DNA of 64,000 nt, from contig NC_135817.1 of NCBI RefSeq assembly GCF_964213995.1, positions 44,392,001 to 44,456,000 of the forward strand, given 5' to 3'. Source of the stretch: Mustelus asterias (lineage: Eukaryota). The position numbers were made by a program, and so were the translations under genes. Each line of letters begins with the position of its first letter. Position 1 is the first letter of the stretch. The notes beneath the pieces were generated by a model. The model was given only the letters and a program-made list of their open reading frames with translations, had not been told where the DNA came from and did not search any database. Of this stretch, positions 60,491 to 64,000 are shown piece by piece.

Positions 60491-63400
60491 TTGAATATTG
60501 AGGTCAGGGATCCAATGCTGCATGTAGTCTCCCAGCTACCAGTCAATAGGTGGCACTGCAGTACTTAAGTAAATCCACAACAAGATTTCAGTATCTGCAG
60601 TAGCAAGACAATGCAATGTAGAATAGGAAATTATGGGCTGGATTTTGCTCTCAAAATTGAGTTGAGATTAATGGTGCTCACCATTACTCATTTGAAAATG
60701 ATGTCGCAGCTTCAGTTGAGAGAGAGATTCACAGTTTGATCAAGATATTAAAAAATTATGATGTGAGTTGCCCCACTCTTCTCTTGGCTTTGCAAAAAAT
60801 GTCATTTCATCGTTTGTTTCACTATTGAAAGGGATTGAATAACGTAAACATAGAAACATAGAAGACAGAAGCAGGAGGAGGCCATTTGGCCCTTCGAGCC
60901 TGCTCCGCCATTCATTACGACCATGGCTGAGTTGCTGTACTTGAGTGCAAGGTACAAATTAAACTGGCCACAGAAAGTTAAATCTCGTCATTTAAACTGT
61001 AAATACCTTTTTAACAATAGGATCATTGTTGTTAACTGTGAATCAACCTCTCTGGCAATGGAAATTAGTTTTGTTTATTTGTTCAGGAGGTGTAGATGTT
61101 CATGGCGAGGGCAGAATTTATTGCTTTCCCCTGGTTGACTGAGAAGGTGGTGTTGAGCTGCTCTTTTGAATTGCTGCAGTCCATGTGGTACAGGTACTCC
61201 CACAAATCTGATAGGATTTCCAGAGTTTTGACACAGCGAAGACAAAGAAATAACTATGTGCCTCCAATTCCAGATGGTGTGCCTTGCAGGGGAACTTGCA
61301 AGTACCGTTCTTGTGCATCTGCTGCCCATATCTTTCTAGGTGATGGTGATCACAGGTGCAGTTGAAGACTGGTTTTCAGATCATTCAGGTTGTTCATGGG
61401 ATGTGGGCATTACTGGCTAAGCCAACATCTATTAGGTACACCTAATTGACCTCGAGAAAGTGATGGTTCCTTAACTACAGTAACCTATATTTTGTGGGAG
61501 CATCCATGTGCTGTTAGAAAGGGAGTTTCAGGATTACGACTCAGCGACAGTGAAGGAACAGTGATATAGTTCCAAGTCAAGATGGTGTGCAGCTTGGAAG
61601 GGAACTTGAAGGTGGTGGTGTCCCCATGCATCTGTTGCCCTTGTCATTTGGGACAGTAGAGGTCATAGTTGATGCCGTTGGAAGAGAGTATTCCATCACA
61701 CACTCCTGACTTGTGCCTTGTAGATGATGGGCAGGCTTTGGTGAGTCAGGAGGTGAGTCACTCGCCACAGCCACTAACTTGCTCTTGTGTGTACCAGTTC
61801 AGTTCCTAGTCAATGGTAACCCCCAGAAAGTTGATAGTAGGGGATTCAATGATAGTAATGACATTGAATGTCAAGGAGAAATGGTTGGATTCTCTCTTAT
61901 TGGAAATTGTCATTGCCTGGCACTTTTGTGTCATGAATCTTTCTTGCCACTTAACAGCCCAAGCCTGAATGTTGTCAAGCTCATGCTGCACATGGGCACA
62001 GACTGCTTCAGTATCTGAGGTGTCTTGAATGATGCTGAATATTGTGCAACCATCAGCGAACATGATGGAAGGAAAGTTATTGATAAAGCATCTAAAGATG
62101 GTTGGGTCTAGGACACTACCTAGAGGAATGCCTGCAGTGATGTCCTAACGCTGAAATGATGAACATCCATTACCATCTTCCTTTGTGCCAGTATGTGTCC
62201 AACTAGTGGAATATTTTGCCAGGACTCCTTTATGTCACATTCAGTCAAATGTTTCCTTGATGTCAAGGGCAGTCACTCTCCCCCTCACCTCTTGAGTTCA
62301 ACTCTTTTGTCCATGTTTGGACCAAGGCTATAATGAGGTCAGGAGCTAGGTGGCACTGGTGAAGCCCAAATTGAGCATCTGTGAGCAAAGTCCAAGCTGA
62401 TATAACATGCCAAATCTCATTAGCCTTAATTTGTGGAATAATCCCTTATGTGGCACCTTATCAAATGCTTTTATTTTTGAAACAGTGCACTACAATCACT
62501 AGTTCCCACTTATCTATCCTGCTAACCGCAACCTCAGCAACTAATAAATTTATCAAATCTTCTTTCCCTTTCATAAAACTGTATTGACTCTGCCTAATCG
62601 AATTATGATTTTCTAAGTGCTCTGTTATCATGTCCTTGATAAATTCTGGCATTTCCTTGGTACTGATGTCAGACCAACTGGCCATTTTCTCCCTCTCTCA
62701 TTCTTCCTTGAATTGCAGGGTCATGTTTGTTGAATTCCAATTCACGTGGAATCTTGACAGAATAGGGAAGTCTGAAAGATCAAAAGCAATGCTTCTGCTA
62801 TCCCTCAAACTACCTCTTTAGATGGACATCAAGTCACTAGGTCTGGAAATTTGTCAGTTTTTCATTCTACTAATTATTTTAGTGCTTTTTTTATGGATAC
62901 AAATTTCTTTAAGCTCCTCATTCTTGCTAGACTCCTGGAAGCTACTTTTTCAGGAATTATTTTGTCTTCTGCCATGGAGACACTACTTGTTCAATATTTT
63001 TCCATTGTCTTACCTTTCATTATAATTTCCCCTGTCTCTGCTTCTGAAGGATCCATGTTTACTTCTACTCATCTCTTTTATACATACCTATAGGAGATTT
63101 TCCAATCTTTTTATATCTCTCTCATTTATTCTCATATTCCATTTTCTCTTTATCAATTTCTTCTTCATCATTTGCAGAATTCTAAAATTGTCCCATTCCT
63201 CAGGCTTGCTATGTTTTTTGACAACTTTTCTGACAAGCCTCTTCTCTCAATCCAATGCTATCTTACTTGTGAGGCACAGTCGTACCATTTTTCTGATGAG
63301 GGTTTTAGTCCTTAAAGGGGCAATAATTGTTTTAAATGATGAGTTGTTTAATTGTTTGTCATTACTAATCAACCAAAATATATTTCAATTTGGCTTCCAA

Positions 63401-63508
63401 TGTACCTTAGCGAAGATTCCCTTCATACCTACATAGTCGTTTTGCTCAGATCAAAGCCTATTATTTCAGACTTAACTACATCAAACTGGAATGTTAAGTA
63501 AAATTCTT

Positions 63509-63707
63509 CCACATCCTGATAACTCTTCCCTAGAGTCTCCTCTACCACAGGAATAACAAAATAACCTGTTCCCTAGTTGTTTCCTCAACATACTAATCTA
63601 GAAAGCTACCACATCCTGATTACTCTTCCCTGGAGTCTCCTTTACCACAAGAATAACAAAATAACCAGATCCCTTTTGTTTCCTTGTCACACTAATCTAG
63701 AAAACTA
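63509..63707. repeat. Two-copy tandem duplication, period about 100 bp
   Basis: CCACATCCTGAT.ACTCTTCCCT.GAGTCTCCT...CTAATCTAGAAA.CTA starts at 63509 and again at 63609. Confidence 0.85.
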
Positions 63708-64000
63708 TTTTGTATACATTCAATTAACTCATCTTCCATAATAATCTTTGTAAATTGTGAGAAGGACAGTGTAGAGCTTCAAAAGGACATAGACAAGTTG
63801 GTGGAGTGGTTAGATGGGTGGCAGATGAAGGTCAGTGAAGAGTGATTAATTTTGATAGGGAGAACATAGAGCAACAGTATAAAATAAAGGGTACATCTCT
63901 AAAGGGGCTGTAGGATAAGGGGACCTGGATGTATATGTGCATAAATCATTGAAGGTGGTAGGACAAGTGGAGAGTGCAGTTAATAAAGCATACGGTGTCC

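Larger units (their letters stand above)
58905..64000. mobile_element. Mosaic of CR1/L2-group LINE fragments
   Basis: RT remnants on the minus strand (MFADGCTIF...LDNIQAWA.KWQ..F...KCQ; IRQSQYSFMKGK..L.NL) and a plus-strand CR1 fragment from 63757. Confidence 0.72.

Noticed and set aside
54790-64000. ARL13B exon 4 (LANKQD) and nested STX19
   Set aside because: Not found by eye or in the ORF track. Probably beyond the window end.

Overview
Vertebrate genomic DNA, most likely a shark or other elasmobranch (inferred from the V-SINE/HE1-type and Deu-SINE-type repeats). It is not prokaryotic, and almost all ORFs in the supplied track are spurious or derived from transposable elements (TEs). Two spliced host genes lie on the + strand. 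(1) The 3' part of a CD200/OX-2-like Ig-superfamily gene: two duplicated 336-nt V-set exons (1850-2185, 2842-3177), a transmembrane (TM) exon (7464-7575) and candidate short tail exons out to about 21 kb. (2) The 5' part of ARL13B: a CpG-island promoter with an upstream exon near 37.6 kb and coding exons at 47655-47713, 51344-51414 and 54540-54789. The rest is a dense TE mosaic: V-SINEs, Deu-type SINEs, CR1/L2 and Rex1-like LINE fragments, Harbinger MITEs and a Myb/SANT remnant, a full-length frameshifted hAT/Buster transposon (41200-43448), a Gmr1-type gypsy remnant and solo LTRs. Three observations stand out. First, a 331-nt almost fully hairpin-forming element headed by U2 snRNA nt 1-39, a candidate U2-derived SINE or chimeric retro-RNA (28901-29231). 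Second, nine Penelope-like insertions, mostly fold-back, several carrying a minimal hammerhead ribozyme motif, plus a second older hammerhead-like repeat family. Third, a strong-Kozak ATG in the upstream ARL13B exon that gives either a uORF or an alternative MG- N-terminus. All calls were made by eye; no searches or folding programs were run.
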